Source: Chloropicon primus (taxonomy: Eukaryota). Taken from it: 64,000 nucleotides of DNA. Where the stretch lies: positions 310,001 to 374,000 of the forward strand of contig CP060758.1 in the NCBI GenBank assembly GCA_023205875.1. Reading direction: 5' to 3'. Shown here one piece after another: positions 21,440-32,462 of the stretch. The notes under the pieces are model-generated. The model was not told where the DNA came from, searched no databases, and worked only from the letters and a program-made list of their open reading frames with translations. Positions within the stretch are counted from its first letter, which is position 1, and the number at the start of each line of letters is the position of its first letter. A program made the position numbers and the translations under genes.

Positions 21440-21878
21440 ACCAAACAACCATCGCCTTTGCCTTGGGTGATGCATCCATCCTAAACTCACTGTAAATCTA
21501 TGTCATCGTACACAAAGGAGGTTCCTGTCCTGTGGGAGGAACGAGCGAGAGAAAGAAAGGGAGAGAATCTTGCATCCTTGTCCTTCTCTCTCCCTCTCTC
21601 CGTGACTCACTCCTACCACCATTGCTCGTTGCGTTGCAGTGCGGCCTCTGATCATCCTCCATTTCCCGCCAGCTCTGAGGAACCCCCAGAGCAATCATGA
21701 TGGCACGGGTGCAGGCGTGCTCGGGTCAGGGAGAGGCCAGACAGGTCACCAGGACCCGGCGACGGTTGACAAGCACATCGCCTCGTCCTCGACATCAACA
21801 CCTTGCAGAAAGGGACAACCGTGAACGACGACGACGTTTCACGCCAAGGTGAGTACCGACGGAAACAAAGTGCCATCA

Positions 21879-21909
<31 letters not shown>

Positions 21910-22056
21910 TGTGGTGTGCGTGGCGAAGGGCGCAGGATGTTTTGGGCGAGGGGTCTCGCACTTTGCTGACCGCGTTGTGATATTCATGACGAACTCGACA
22001 GGGGCTCCGAAAGGACAAAGTGCAAAGCCATCGCGCTTCCGAGTCAAGCCACTGAG

Positions 22057-22437
22057 TTGCTCCAGAGGTTGAGGACATTCGTGCCGGATCTCAGCGTACC
22101 TCAGGCATCATTCTGGACGGGTCAGTACTCAGCACGAGCTCAGTACGGGGTTGTGGCGGTCGTGGCGGTAGCTGTATCCGTCCTCCTGTTGAAGATCTTC
22201 CGGAAGGGTAAGGGGGAGGCCAAGTCGAAGCCTCCTGCTCAGGGTGGGCAAGTCAAGGAAGCGGAGTCTGTCGGCGGACCGAGCGAAAGCAAGGAACTTG
22301 GGGGCGGGCCAGTCAGTCTGGTCAATGGATTGCTTTTTGGGAACTTCTCTTCCCTGTCGTGGCTTCTCATTTTGGTTACCCTTCTCTTCGCTTCGTCCTT
22401 CCCTCGCAACCTGCTTGAAGATATTCTCATGACGTGA
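22057..22437 (+). CDS. Hypothetical membrane protein (terminal exon; 5' exon probably from ATG ~21697)
   Basis: Two hydrophobic stretches; upstream donor GTGAGT at ~21849; exon structure unresolved. Confidence 0.35.
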   Translation: MLQRLRTFVPDLSVPQASFWTGQYSARAQYGVVAVVAVAVSVLLLKIFRKGKGEAKSKPPAQGGQVKEAESVGGPSESKELGGGPVSLVNGLLFGNFSSLSWLLILVTLLFASSFPRNLLEDILMT

Positions 22438-22566
22438 GGGAGACTTGGGGACTGGCCTCCTGTGGATCAGAAGCAAACAATGGCTCAGCGGGGAGACTTA
22501 CAAATATTATATTGTACAAGTGTATGGATACACACAGCTTCTTTCATTCGCACGGGTTCCGGCCCT

Positions 22567-23535
22567 TCACTTCGCTGCTGGCCCCTCACTTCGTTCTCCA
22601 GCCGCCTCGGCAGGGGACTCAGCCTGGAGCCGAACGCAAAAGATCGGGAACTCCACGACAGTCTTCCCGATGAGATTGGCAGCCAAACTCTGGCCGAGAT
22701 CAAGCTCCGCCATCTCTTCTTGGTCGACCCTCTGCTTGTGGAGCGGCAGATACGCCTTGATCTTGTCCAGGCCCGCTTTGGTGTAAGCCTGAAGTTTGTG
22801 GTACTCGAGCGCGGCGTCCTTCCGCAGCGTCAGGTGGTCCAGCAGGACTTCCGACAGGATCGTCGTGTCGTCAACCCTGTCGTTGTCGAAGAAGAAGAAT
22901 CGAGCCAAGTCCAGTATCGAGATCGAGTCAGCTCATTTGCCCTCCAGTCTGTTCGGCGCAGAGCAGCGCAGCAAAATCAAAGTCATTTCCACTTACCTTT
23001 GGTCGATGAAGGCGCCCTCCACCGAGTCGAACCGCCATTGGACCCTCCAGTACAGCCTGTCCTTCCCCCTGTGGTAGAACGTGCTGTTCTCTTTCCGCCT
23101 CTCCATCCCGGGCTGGAGGAAAAGCAGCCGCACGCCCCGCTTCCTCGCCTGGAACCGCAGAGTTTTCATGAAGTGAGGGAGGTTGTTCTCCTTCCTCGGT
23201 GGGATGGGGCGCGACCTCCGTGCCACGTCCCTCACCCGCTTCACGTCATCCAAGAAGGAGATGTCGGAAAACATTTCCCGATCCCCCAGCTTGTCCATCG
23301 GCTTGTATTGGGTCCTGTCCCTCACACCCGTGCACCCGGTCCTCTCCTTGTGAGCCTTCACGCACTTCAAGCTGCAAGTTCTCAGGCCGCACGCAGGACA
23401 CTTGTACTTGAACTCCTCCACTCCGCACTCCTCACACACGAGATCCTCCCCTCCCCCTGGCCCCTCCTCTCCAGCCTCCTCCCTCTGCTCCTCTGCAGGA
23501 GAACGCCAACGTGGCCCCTCCTCTGTCATCGCCAT
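22567..23535 (-). CDS. BCD1: Box C/D snoRNA assembly protein BCD1/ZNHIT6-like (zf-HIT)
   Basis: CEECG...YKCPACGLRTCSLKCVKAHKERTGCTGVRDRT, MERRKENST, LYWRVQW, C-terminal LAANLIGKTVVEFP; one intron near 22.95-23.0 kb. Confidence 0.85.
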
Positions 23536-24001
23536 GACGCGCGCGCGCGCGCGAGAGAGAGATCAATCGAAAGCTCGCGGGACAGACTTTCGATCTACGC
23601 AACGCTTCCCTCCGTGGCGTCTTCGCCCCCTCCCCCAAGCGTCTCGTCCTTCTCCTTCCGCCGCGCGATCGATCGCGCGATCGCTGCAGAGCTTTGGATG
23701 ATCCGATTTGCTCCGCGAGTTTCAAACGAAACGGAGAGCAGCTCGCGCGCGATCGCGATCGATCGGAGGGAGGGCGGGCGAGGGCGGGCGAGGGGTGGGG
23801 ACAAGGGCGGGAGGGGTTGGATCGCGGGAAGCTTCGCCTCTTGGTCTTTCGGTAGACCTCTCGGTTGAAGATTTTGACCCAGGGACGGGCACGGAACACG
23901 GGAACGGAGGATCGACCGACAGAGGGGACGGTGGTTGGAGCGCGGGGGTCGGTGGTGGTGTTGCGGGGCAGCCGGCGAGTGGCTCGTGAGGGTGCGGCAG
24001 G

Positions 24002-27000
24002 ATGAACAACTTTCACATCTATGAGGTCGTCGGCAGGAGCAAGCACTCCGTGGTGTACAAAGGTCGCCAGAAGAAAACGATACAGTACTATGGGGTGAAG
24101 AGCGTGGACAAGTGTCAGAGGCCTTACATACTCCAGGAGGTGAAGATCCTTCACTCTGTGAAGCATCCGAACGTGATGGGGTTCTACTCGTGGTACGAGA
24201 CGACGAACCACCTTTGGCTTATACTGGAGTACTGCGTCGGTGGCGACCTCCTCACGCTCTTGAGGCAGGACAGAAAACTCCCCGAGACGTCTATTCACGA
24301 CTTTGGGAGGGATCTCCTTTCGGCCTTGCACGCGCTGCACTCGAACGGGATCGTGCACTGCGACTTGAAGCCATCGAACATCCTGCTGGACGAGAACGGG
24401 AGGGTGAAGCTCGGGGGTTTTGGCCTGGCGAGGACGGTCGCGGATATTGTTCACAAGCATCAGTCGAAGCCTTCGTCCTTGCACGAGAAGAACAGGAGGG
24501 GGACACCTTGCTACATGGCGCCGGAGCTGCTCAGGGGGGACGTCAGCTGCCATTCTTTCGCCTCGGATGTCTGGGCCCTCGGGTGTATTTTGTACGAGTG
24601 CGCGGTGGGCCAGCCTCCGTTTGTATCAAGCTCTCTCAACGCTCTGGTGGACGCCATTCTGCACAAGGAGGTGCACCTTCCTCCTAACCTCAGCGACGGC
24701 TTCAGGGACCTCTTGCGGCGGTGCTTTCAGAAGGACCCGGTGCAGCGGATTGGCTGGAAGGAGATCATGTCGCACCCTTTTTGGAAGACCAACCTCCCGT
24801 TCGAGAAGATACCAAACCAGGGCATCTTCCTGGAGGTGTTGAAGGGCTGCGGGTATTCTGCCGATCACGGGCCTGCGTGCGAGAAGGAGCTTGCTCCTAT
24901 CTCTAGCGACGAGGGAAAGGAGAACAGGGATTTGGTCCCAATCAACGGGAAAATGAAGGAGGACAGGGCGAACGTCCTGAGGCTTTCAAGGATCGCGAAG
25001 AAGAACCTCCAGAGCGAGGGTGTAGATTATGGTAGCATATCAAACGATGACTCAAGCGACGTGAAGCTTGATAGCGCGGATACAGAGCTTGACTTCACGG
25101 AAGAGTCGACCCTGGTCCCAGCAGACAAGGCATTCCCATGCGAAGCGGAGAGCAGCACAAGTGCGGACTCCAACGCGGACCCGAGGGATGGGGAGGGGGA
25201 AGAGGAATCATTTGACATGCATCTGGAGTCAACTGCGGGGTCGAAAGCGGATGGCCGAAAGAGAGCAATAGACAGGGAGCTCTCTTCAAGTGCTTTGGAC
25301 GAGCGGTCGGCGAATGGCGACGGCGGGGAACCCGTTGATTTGCCGAATTCCATCAATCACAACCACCTGAAGGACATGAATTCAACAGAGCTTGCGTTTC
25401 ATTCGTCCGACTTGCTTGTGAAGCCCATTGTTGGGAACAGGAGAATCGAGAAGAAGCATGAGTTCCAGTGGGACGCCATCATGCTGCCGTTTGAGCCCGT
25501 GACTCTTCAAGAGATGCTTGAGCTGGACCAGGAGAGCCTCGAGAGCTTTCTGTCGATTATCTACAAGACGGTAGCTTCCTCCTCGAGTGTGAGCGAAAGG
25601 CTGAACGCCCTTGCGTACTTCGGGGGCCTGTGCAAGGACAGCAACTCTGCGAATATCCTCATAAACTCTTCGCTGCTGCACATGTTCGTAACAAAGCTGA
25701 GGGGCACCAAAGTTGCGAACTTGAAGACCTACTTTGCTTACGTCATAGGGACCCTGATCAGGCATGCAACTTTCATCGGTGAGGATGTGCCGAAATCGGG
25801 AATTATTGACGCGTTGACAGAATCGGTGCGGGACAAAAGCGAGGTCGTGAGAAGGAAGTCCATGGCAGCACTGGGGGAGCTGCTATTTTACGTCGTCACG
25901 CAGGAGCAGGAAGAGACTGAGGGGGAAAGTCAGAAGCCAGCATGGTATGTTCCCAATGGAACCATCACGACCATATTTAGGCTGCTGAGAAACGTGGAAG
26001 ATCCCGTGACCCAGCATTATGCCGTGAAAACGTTGGAGAACATCTTCAGCATCGGCGGGGAGTGGGCTCTGCGCCTGGGCACCAGTGAGACCGCCTTGAG
26101 CCTTGTCCACATCTGCTTGAACGCGAAGAGCGAGCACGTTAAAGTGACAGCAAGCTCTGCTCTCGCCAGGCTGTACCGGTGTAACACTGATAAAGCTCAG
26201 ATGATAACCGATAAGATCGGCATGAGGGTGATCGTCGGATTTTTGAAGGAAGGGAACGCGAAGGTTCAGCAGCACTTTGGAAGCATCTTCATCCTGGCGC
26301 TAGCGAGCGTCAGCAACAAAAGCAAGAATGCTCTCTCGGACGAACAGCATCTCGCAAATACCCTGATGGGCTTGCTTGATCACGCCTCAAACGTAGTCTG
26401 TGGCAAAGCAATTATCAGTATCGTCGAGATTTCCAAGCTTCAGGTGCAGTGGTTCATACAGATGTCCAATGCCAAACTTATTGGGATCTTGGAAAGGCTC
26501 AGCAGGGTTCAAGATGCCTATCTATCGCACAGCATTGCTTTCTTCCAGGCCAGCATGCCCGATATCATTGAAAGGCTAGTCACTCAGATATCGAGCGGCG
26601 TCGAAAAGCTCTGTGGGAGGAGGAGCTCAGCGCAGAGGAACAGGACGTACCAAAGCTCTTCCTTGTCGTCGCTGAGCCAGGAGACAAACCTTGGGTGCAA
26701 AGCATTCCTTGCTGTTGTGGCATCCTCGCATTTCTGCTTGGCTTGCGCGGGAAGGAATGCCGTGCCAGCATTAGTAGAAATGGTTCAGAAGCTTCAAAAG
26801 GGGCCTGATACCCTCGTTGCTGACATCAGGGGCACCATCTTCACCATCCTAGAAGCGATGAGCCAGCATGGGGACATTCTCTTGTCCAACCCGGAGGATG
26901 TCCTCGAAAGTCTCTTTCCCATGCTCTCGTTCTTCATGATCAACTCGCAGTCAGGGGACACCAGGTTTCTGTGCGCGAAGATGCTTTGCGATATGGTGCT

Positions 27001-27595
27001 CTTCTACATTTCAGAGGTTTACGGGGGCATGGAGCTCTCTGGATCTGCAGAGCAAGCAAAGTGCCACCAGATCGATGGGTTGCTGCATGGGCAGATAAGG
27101 GAGTCCATACTCCCGAGTCTTCCGGCGCTTTTGGAGGACGAGGATCCCATTCCTTTGTACTCCCTGAAGATGCTGATTGCAATCCTCGACTTTGATGCCG
27201 ACCTCGCGGAGAAGGTGGCGGACCTAGGGCTCCTCTCGAGTTTCATTTCCTTTCTGTCGTTGGATCACCCGAACAACAACGTGCACAATCTGAGGCTCTG
27301 CAAAACTATGGTGGGCACTGCTGTGGTTCCTTTGGAGGAGTTGCTGAGCCATGGCGTTGTCGAGAAGGCCGCTTCTGTGTTGTCCTATACGTGCGAGAAC
27401 ATGGTGGAGGCCTTCATGGAGCCTTCGCTGGAGTTGTGTTTTGCCATCGTAGAAAGGGCCGTCAGGGAGGGAAGGAGGGAAGCTCTGGAGACCCTGGCGG
27501 GCACCTGCATGCAGAAAATCAAGCTGCTGGGGAAGCACTCCGATTTGGGCGTGTCCGAGCTCGCTGGCAAGTGCGTAAGCTTGCTCCAGGCTTGA
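24002..27595 (+). CDS. ULK4: RUNKEL/ULK4 serine/threonine (pseudo)kinase with HEAT/ARM repeats
   Basis: MNNFHIYEVVGRSKHSVVYKGRQKKTIQY, WYETTNHLWLILEYCVGGDL, HCDLKPSNILL, RRGTPCYMAPEL, VRRKSMAALGELLFY. Confidence 0.9.
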   Translation: MNNFHIYEVVGRSKHSVVYKGRQKKTIQYYGVKSVDKCQRPYILQEVKILHSVKHPNVMGFYSWYETTNHLWLILEYCVGGDLLTLLRQDRKLPETSIHDFGRDLLSALHALHSNGIVHCDLKPSNILLDENGRVKLGGFGLARTVADIVHKHQSKPSSLHEKNRRGTPCYMAPELLRGDVSCHSFASDVWALGCILYECAVGQPPFVSSSLNALVDAILHKEVHLPPNLSDGFRDLLRRCFQKDPVQRIGWKEIMSHPFWKTNLPFEKIPNQGIFLEVLKGCGYSADHGPACEKELAPISSDEGKENRDLVPINGKMKEDRANVLRLSRIAKKNLQSEGVDYGSISNDDSSDVKLDSADTELDFTEESTLVPADKAFPCEAESSTSADSNADPRDGEGEEESFDMHLESTAGSKADGRKRAIDRELSSSALDERSANGDGGEPVDLPNSINHNHLKDMNSTELAFHSSDLLVKPIVGNRRIEKKHEFQWDAIMLPFEPVTLQEMLELDQESLESFLSIIYKTVASSSSVSERLNALAYFGGLCKDSNSANILINSSLLHMFVTKLRGTKVANLKTYFAYVIGTLIRHATFIGEDVPKSGIIDALTESVRDKSEVVRRKSMAALGELLFYVVTQEQEETEGESQKPAWYVPNGTITTIFRLLRNVEDPVTQHYAVKTLENIFSIGGEWALRLGTSETALSLVHICLNAKSEHVKVTASSALARLYRCNTDKAQMITDKIGMRVIVGFLKEGNAKVQQHFGSIFILALASVSNKSKNALSDEQHLANTLMGLLDHASNVVCGKAIISIVEISKLQVQWFIQMSNAKLIGILERLSRVQDAYLSHSIAFFQASMPDIIERLVTQISSGVEKLCGRRSSAQRNRTYQSSSLSSLSQETNLGCKAFLAVVASSHFCLACAGRNAVPALVEMVQKLQKGPDTLVADIRGTIFTILEAMSQHGDILLSNPEDVLESLFPMLSFFMINSQSGDTRFLCAKMLCDMVLFYISEVYGGMELSGSAEQAKCHQIDGLLHGQIRESILPSLPALLEDEDPIPLYSLKMLIAILDFDADLAEKVADLGLLSSFISFLSLDHPNNNVHNLRLCKTMVGTAVVPLEELLSHGVVEKAASVLSYTCENMVEAFMEPSLELCFAIVERAVREGRREALETLAGTCMQKIKLLGKHSDLGVSELAGKCVSLLQA

Positions 27596-27760
27596 GGCCT
27601 CATTCCGGGGGAGAAAGCTTTCACTGGGCGCGCGAGAAGTGGCGGGCAAGGCGCAAGGATCGCCCCCGTGTACGCAAAGGGAGGTAATGATGAATGGCGT
27701 TGCACTATCATGCGACTGTTTTGTCAAAAAAAAAGTTTTCGATGTGAATTATTTGGTTTG

Positions 27761-28102
27761 TTACTTTTTCCCTTTCCCGCTCGTCTTGCCTTTTCCTTTC
27801 TTTGGAAGCAAGCCCCTTCTTGCCAGATACTGTTTCTTGAGTGAGAACGCAAAGTTCAGCAGAATATCGTCCTCATCGACGACCTGAGACGCAAAGTGCC
27901 TCGCCACCGCAGGCACGAGCTCCTCCTTGCTGTCGACCCCGCCGCTCAAGTTGAACGCTCTGCGATACTTCTTCAGCGTCGGCATCTCGAGCTTGGACAA
28001 GTCCACCCTCGGCTGGTTTCGCCTCGAGGAACGAGATATGCCGAGATACTGAGGCGAAAAAGCAGGGGAGGCAGGACCAAAGATCACGCTTGCGTCAGTC
28101 AT
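27761..28102 (-). CDS. SAP30-like Sin3-binding domain protein
   Basis: VDLSKLEMPTLKKYRRAFNL...SKEELVPAVARHFASQVVDEDDILLNF matches the SAP30 C-terminal Sin3-binding domain. Confidence 0.75.
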   Translation of the reverse strand: MTDASVIFGPASPAFSPQYLGISRSSRRNQPRVDLSKLEMPTLKKYRRAFNLSGGVDSKEELVPAVARHFASQVVDEDDILLNFAFSLKKQYLARRGLLPKKGKGKTSGKGKK

Positions 28103-28768
28103 CGCTTTTCTTCCTTCATCACAAGAATCTCCAAACTGCCAAAAGGGAAGGAGGCGGTTTCATCTCTCACGAGAGTCGTGCTTGCTTTGCTTACCTCCTC
28201 GTCCTCTTCGTTTCCATTCACCAGCTTGGCGACCACAGGACGTCGGGTGCGCATGATTCCTCCCTTGGTGACACCACTCTCTCCCCTCGAAGTAAAAAAA
28301 AAAGAAATACAGTTTCCCCTCCCCCTTTCCTCTAGGAGTCACCCACACCCACCAAATCCCCTATCCCCTTGCGACTGCGTGTTCTGGAACGATTCGAAAA
28401 GAAAAGATGGAAACACGACAAACTGGACGTCTTACTCGATTTATCGATGCCTCTCCCCCCTCCCCCCTGTCCCCTTCTCCCCTCAGAGTCTTCCACCCAC
28501 CACCGATGCACCTCTCCTCTCCTCTCCTCTCCTCTCCTCTCCTCTCCTCTCGCGTCGCGATTTCATTCCCCTCGGCCGTCAATGGATGAGGCTTGGCGGA
28601 GCGGCACGAGGAAGGCGCACAAGGGGGCGCACAAGGAGAGGAGAAGGGCATCCGGGACGCATCGGTGACGGTAATCGACCGATTCGTCATTCTCATCGCT
28701 TTCCACTTTCATCTTGCGCTCGAAAAGAGGGAGAAACTTGTGCAGAGTTGCAGTTCCCTTCCCCGTGG

Positions 28769-30211
28769 ATGTCGTCGTCCAGGCAGACGGGGATGAGGGA
28801 TCTCGTTGGGAGGTCTGCGGGAAGGGCGCCAACTCAGCGGGGTTGCTCTCCGAGCTGTTCGCGTTCCTCCCGAAGGGGAAAGGGGAGGCGTGCATCGGGG
28901 AGACGGTTCGGGTCCACGCGATTTGGGAGGTCGAGAGTGGACTGGAGTGCGAGGTCCCTGGAGGACATCGATATGCTTGAGGTGGACGGCTGGGAGGAGG
29001 TGACGCTGAGGGAGATCCAGGAGGAGGGGGGTGCAGTGTTTGCGGGTGGTGCCTCGGTGCCAACTTCGTTCGCGGCGGGTGATGGCAACGAAGGGAGTGG
29101 TTTGACGCTGGGGGACCTCGAGTCCGCCGAGTGCTGCGTTTTCTGTGACAGGTCTGACTCCACCGTCCTGCAAGTCGCTGGCGGGGACAGGCTGGCCTTC
29201 TTGCACAACCAGAGCACCGCGAGCGTCGAGGGCGCCAAGCCGGGCGACGTCGTCGAAACCGCATTCGTGACCTCGAAGGCTGGTCTGCTAGACGTCGCAA
29301 AAGTTCTCGTGCAAGGCCAGTCTGCTCTGGTCTTGGCGTCTCCCGACGGCGCCAGCCAGATCATCGGGCACCTGGACAAGCACATCTTCCCCAGGGACGA
29401 CGTGCGAGTGTCAGACGTATCGTTCAACTTGTCCGTCTTCGCTGTCCTGGGAGCGGGAAGCAGCAAAGTAATGGAAACGTTGGGAATGGGCCACGACATG
29501 GGGGAGGGGGAGCAAGTCCTCGTGAATTACGAGGGCTACCCCCTCTGTGTTGCGCGGACGACAGATCTGGGCGTTCCCGGGTACACCTGGATCGTGGACA
29601 CGAGCATCTCTTCGGACGCGTGGTCTCTTCTCACGAGCATTGAAAACGTGAGACCCATTGGTTCCGAGGCGTACGAGAGACTCCGGATCCTCGCGGGGAG
29701 GCCAGCGTTCGGCAAGGAGCTCACCCTGGACAGCAACCCTCTCGAGGCCGGTCTGTATGAGCGCTGCGTGGACGTCGAAAAGGGCTGCTCTATTGGCCAG
29801 GAGGTCATCAAGAGGGTGCACAACAGGAACGGAATCACGAGGAGGTTGGGTGGCTTCTCGTCCGACAAGCCGCTGCGGTGCGGGGACGAGGTGCTTTCCG
29901 AAGGGAGGAAGGTGGGCAGCCTAACAAGCGTGTGCCAGGATGGGGGCGGGTCTTTCCTTGGAATGGGCTACGTCAAGGTGAAGCCTGGCCAACCTTTCTC
30001 ATCGGAGGGCAAGTCCTTCACGGTGCGCGGCGAGGCGGTCGCCGTGAGAGCCTTGGTTTACCCCAAGTATCCTCAAGAGTCGGTCGAGAACAAGGACGCG
30101 CGGGAGGAGGAGGAAAGCCTGGAGGAGATCGAGGAGGCAAAGGAAAAGAAGAAGGAAGAGATGAAAGCAAGAATGGAGGAGTGGCTGAAGCAGCAATCAA
30201 AAAACAAATAA
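28769..30211 (+). CDS. YgfZ/CAF17/GcvT-like folate-binding protein, probably plastid-targeted
   Basis: GGDRLAFLHNQST, LRILAGRPAFGKEL, PLEAGL, KGCSIGQE (YgfZ KGCYxGQE motif); R/S-rich transit-like N-terminus from ATG 28769. Confidence 0.85.
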   Translation: MSSSRQTGMRDLVGRSAGRAPTQRGCSPSCSRSSRRGKGRRASGRRFGSTRFGRSRVDWSARSLEDIDMLEVDGWEEVTLREIQEEGGAVFAGGASVPTSFAAGDGNEGSGLTLGDLESAECCVFCDRSDSTVLQVAGGDRLAFLHNQSTASVEGAKPGDVVETAFVTSKAGLLDVAKVLVQGQSALVLASPDGASQIIGHLDKHIFPRDDVRVSDVSFNLSVFAVLGAGSSKVMETLGMGHDMGEGEQVLVNYEGYPLCVARTTDLGVPGYTWIVDTSISSDAWSLLTSIENVRPIGSEAYERLRILAGRPAFGKELTLDSNPLEAGLYERCVDVEKGCSIGQEVIKRVHNRNGITRRLGGFSSDKPLRCGDEVLSEGRKVGSLTSVCQDGGGSFLGMGYVKVKPGQPFSSEGKSFTVRGEAVAVRALVYPKYPQESVENKDAREEEESLEEIEEAKEKKKEEMKARMEEWLKQQSKNK

Positions 30212-30247
30212 GGGAGCGTGCTTGTCTATTTTTTGTTACACAATTTT

Positions 30248-31846
30248 TCAAGGATCATTTTGTGGTTCCCCCACGCCAAGGTCCCAAAGATGTCCGACTC
30301 CGAAATCGTCCAAGTATTTCCTCGCAGAGGCGTCCGACTTTTCAACCTCTCGTCGGAATTTTTTGAAGTGCGCCGATTGAATCGTCCCCTCCCACAGTAG
30401 TTTACAATAGTTCCCCTCCATGTCTTCCGGGGCCTCTTCCCCCGCGATCCAAGCATCCCACTGCATTCTCTTCAGCACCAGCTTCTTGTAGCGCACGACA
30501 GACTTGGCGCAACCTTCGATCACAACGAGCGAGAAGGTATCCCCGGTGAGCACGCAGCCAGTGAGCATGTTCTGGTCAGCGTTCACGTTAATCTTGTACT
30601 TGTGCTGCGGGTTCTTCAAGCTCTTTATCTTGAATACAGCCATGAAGAGACCGTTCTCGGGATCAAACATTTTCCTCATCTTCTTGTCCCTCCTTTCCGC
30701 CGGGGTGAGCTTTCTGGCAAGGTTTCGATCGTCGTGCGCCTGCTGCCTCTCCTGCATCTGCCGCCTCACCTCTTTCTCTATCTTTGTGGGGTCCTGGGTC
30801 GCGTCCTCGCCAAGGACTCTCACGAGGTTCGAGATTTTCACCTTTGGCTTTGGCGGCTCGAGAAGACCCTGCATGATCATCTCCTGCTTCTCCTTTTCCC
30901 TGGCTTGCCTCCGCTGCGTGCGCAGCTTCTTCCTCTCCACCTTGGTCAGCTTCAGGGGCTGCGGCGGGGGCTCCGGCTTCTCGTTGGGCGGGTCTATTGG
31001 AACCGGGTGCTCGACGTAGGACGTGATCTTCGAGGGGATGACCTCGATCTCCCTGGCCTCCGCGCTGCTGGGCCCAGGGCTTTCGCCACCAGGCCCCGAG
31101 AAGTACTTGCCGTCCCTGAGTATGATCGCATCCCACCACTCCACAGCGACTTGCTGCGGCTCTGCAGGCCTGCTGCCGAGCGGGACCGCATTGGCGTTGC
31201 CCACGAAGCCGCGGTCCCTCCTTGTTCCGCTTCCCTTCCCGCCCTTGCCTCCCATTTCCGTGAACGTGAACTGCATGCGTTCCCTCTGCGCAAGCTTCTG
31301 GAACCGTCCTTCTTGCACGAACTCCAACGTCGCCCGCTTTCTCCTTGCCTCGGGGGCCGCACGCATTCTGGGGTCGAGGAACGCCTCCTCCGCTGCCCCA
31401 CCCTCGCCCTCCTCTTGGTGCTTCTTCGCACCAATGCTCGCCTTCCTGGCCGAGTCTGCCGCGGTCTTGGACTCCTCCTGCCCGATCAGGTTCCCATTGT
31501 CATCGATTTCGCGACCCTTGTCGTCGAGTCTGAGGGGCTTGGGCCCGCTCTCTGCCGCCCTCCCCGGAAGCTTCATCCCCTTCTCCTTGAGGCCCTTCAA
31601 CTTGTCGGCGATCTGCTTCTGTATCTTGAGCGCATCCTTTGCCTTTTGGAGAGAAGCAGCCAGGCCACCGATGGGCAGACCTATCTTCGATGCCATCGTC
31701 GACTTTGTCTCGACGGAATCCTCTTCCGCACCACCACCCTCTCCTCTCCTCGGAAGCTTCCCCTCTCCCTCTCCCTCGGTGGGTGTTCCTCCATCCTTGT
31801 CGGAGTCCCACCTCCTCCTCTTCGCACGCTTCCCTCCTCCATCCAT
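30248..31846 (-). CDS. PRP3: U4/U6 snRNP protein Prp3
   Basis: VEWWD, YVEHPVPIDPP, LTKVERKKLRTQRR, PPKPKVKISNL, QDPTKIE, RNLARKLTP, NADQNMLTG, CKLLWEG. Confidence 0.95.
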   Translation of the reverse strand: MDGGGKRAKRRRWDSDKDGGTPTEGEGEGKLPRRGEGGGAEEDSVETKSTMASKIGLPIGGLAASLQKAKDALKIQKQIADKLKGLKEKGMKLPGRAAESGPKPLRLDDKGREIDDNGNLIGQEESKTAADSARKASIGAKKHQEEGEGGAAEEAFLDPRMRAAPEARRKRATLEFVQEGRFQKLAQRERMQFTFTEMGGKGGKGSGTRRDRGFVGNANAVPLGSRPAEPQQVAVEWWDAIILRDGKYFSGPGGESPGPSSAEAREIEVIPSKITSYVEHPVPIDPPNEKPEPPPQPLKLTKVERKKLRTQRRQAREKEKQEMIMQGLLEPPKPKVKISNLVRVLGEDATQDPTKIEKEVRRQMQERQQAHDDRNLARKLTPAERRDKKMRKMFDPENGLFMAVFKIKSLKNPQHKYKINVNADQNMLTGCVLTGDTFSLVVIEGCAKSVVRYKKLVLKRMQWDAWIAGEEAPEDMEGNYCKLLWEGTIQSAHFKKFRREVEKSDASARKYLDDFGVGHLWDLGVGEPQNDP

Positions 31847-32462
31847 CCTCCTCTCCTCTGATCTCGGTCCAACCAAGAGGTCGATCGAAAGATCGCGAGA
31901 AGAGCTTCCGTGTTCTACAACGAAACTCCCCTCGTTCCCTCCAATCCTCTCCCCCTCGCCGTTCGCAAGCGCAGCGCCCCTCGATCGCGATCGAATCCAG
32001 CGCACGCCCTCCCCCTCTGTGTCGTTTTCTTTTCAGTGAAAGAAGAGAATTCTGAAATCCAAAGTCAAACGAGGGACAGAGAAACCAAGAGGCCCCAAGA
32101 GGAGGACACAGGAAGGGAAGGAGAGAAAGAGAAAGAGAAAGGTCACTCCATCTCATTTATCTTGCGTGTTTTGTTCAAGGACTGTGTCACTAGGCATTGC
32201 ATCACCTTTCTTCTTGCTCTTGTTGTTCTTGTTGTTCTTGCTTGCTTTGTGGGGTCCTTGCCTCCTTGCTTGTGGGTCCAAGGTGCAGCCTTGGTAGAGG
32301 GGAGAGGGGAAGGAAAGAGGGGGGGTTCTTCTTTTCTTTTCTTTTCTTCGCTTTGCTTTTCTTTTATTCTGGCCTGTTCTCATCTAGGCTCTTGGTCTGG
32401 TGCTGGTCTTGGTCTTGTGCGTCGCTTTTGCTTTGTCAAGGGAGTGAGAGGGAGGGCAAAAG

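Noticed and set aside
27896..28768. 291-aa N-terminal extension of the YgfZ-like ORF
   Set aside because: Overlaps the SAP30-like gene in antisense and runs through simple repeats; ATG 28769 gives a plausible transit peptide
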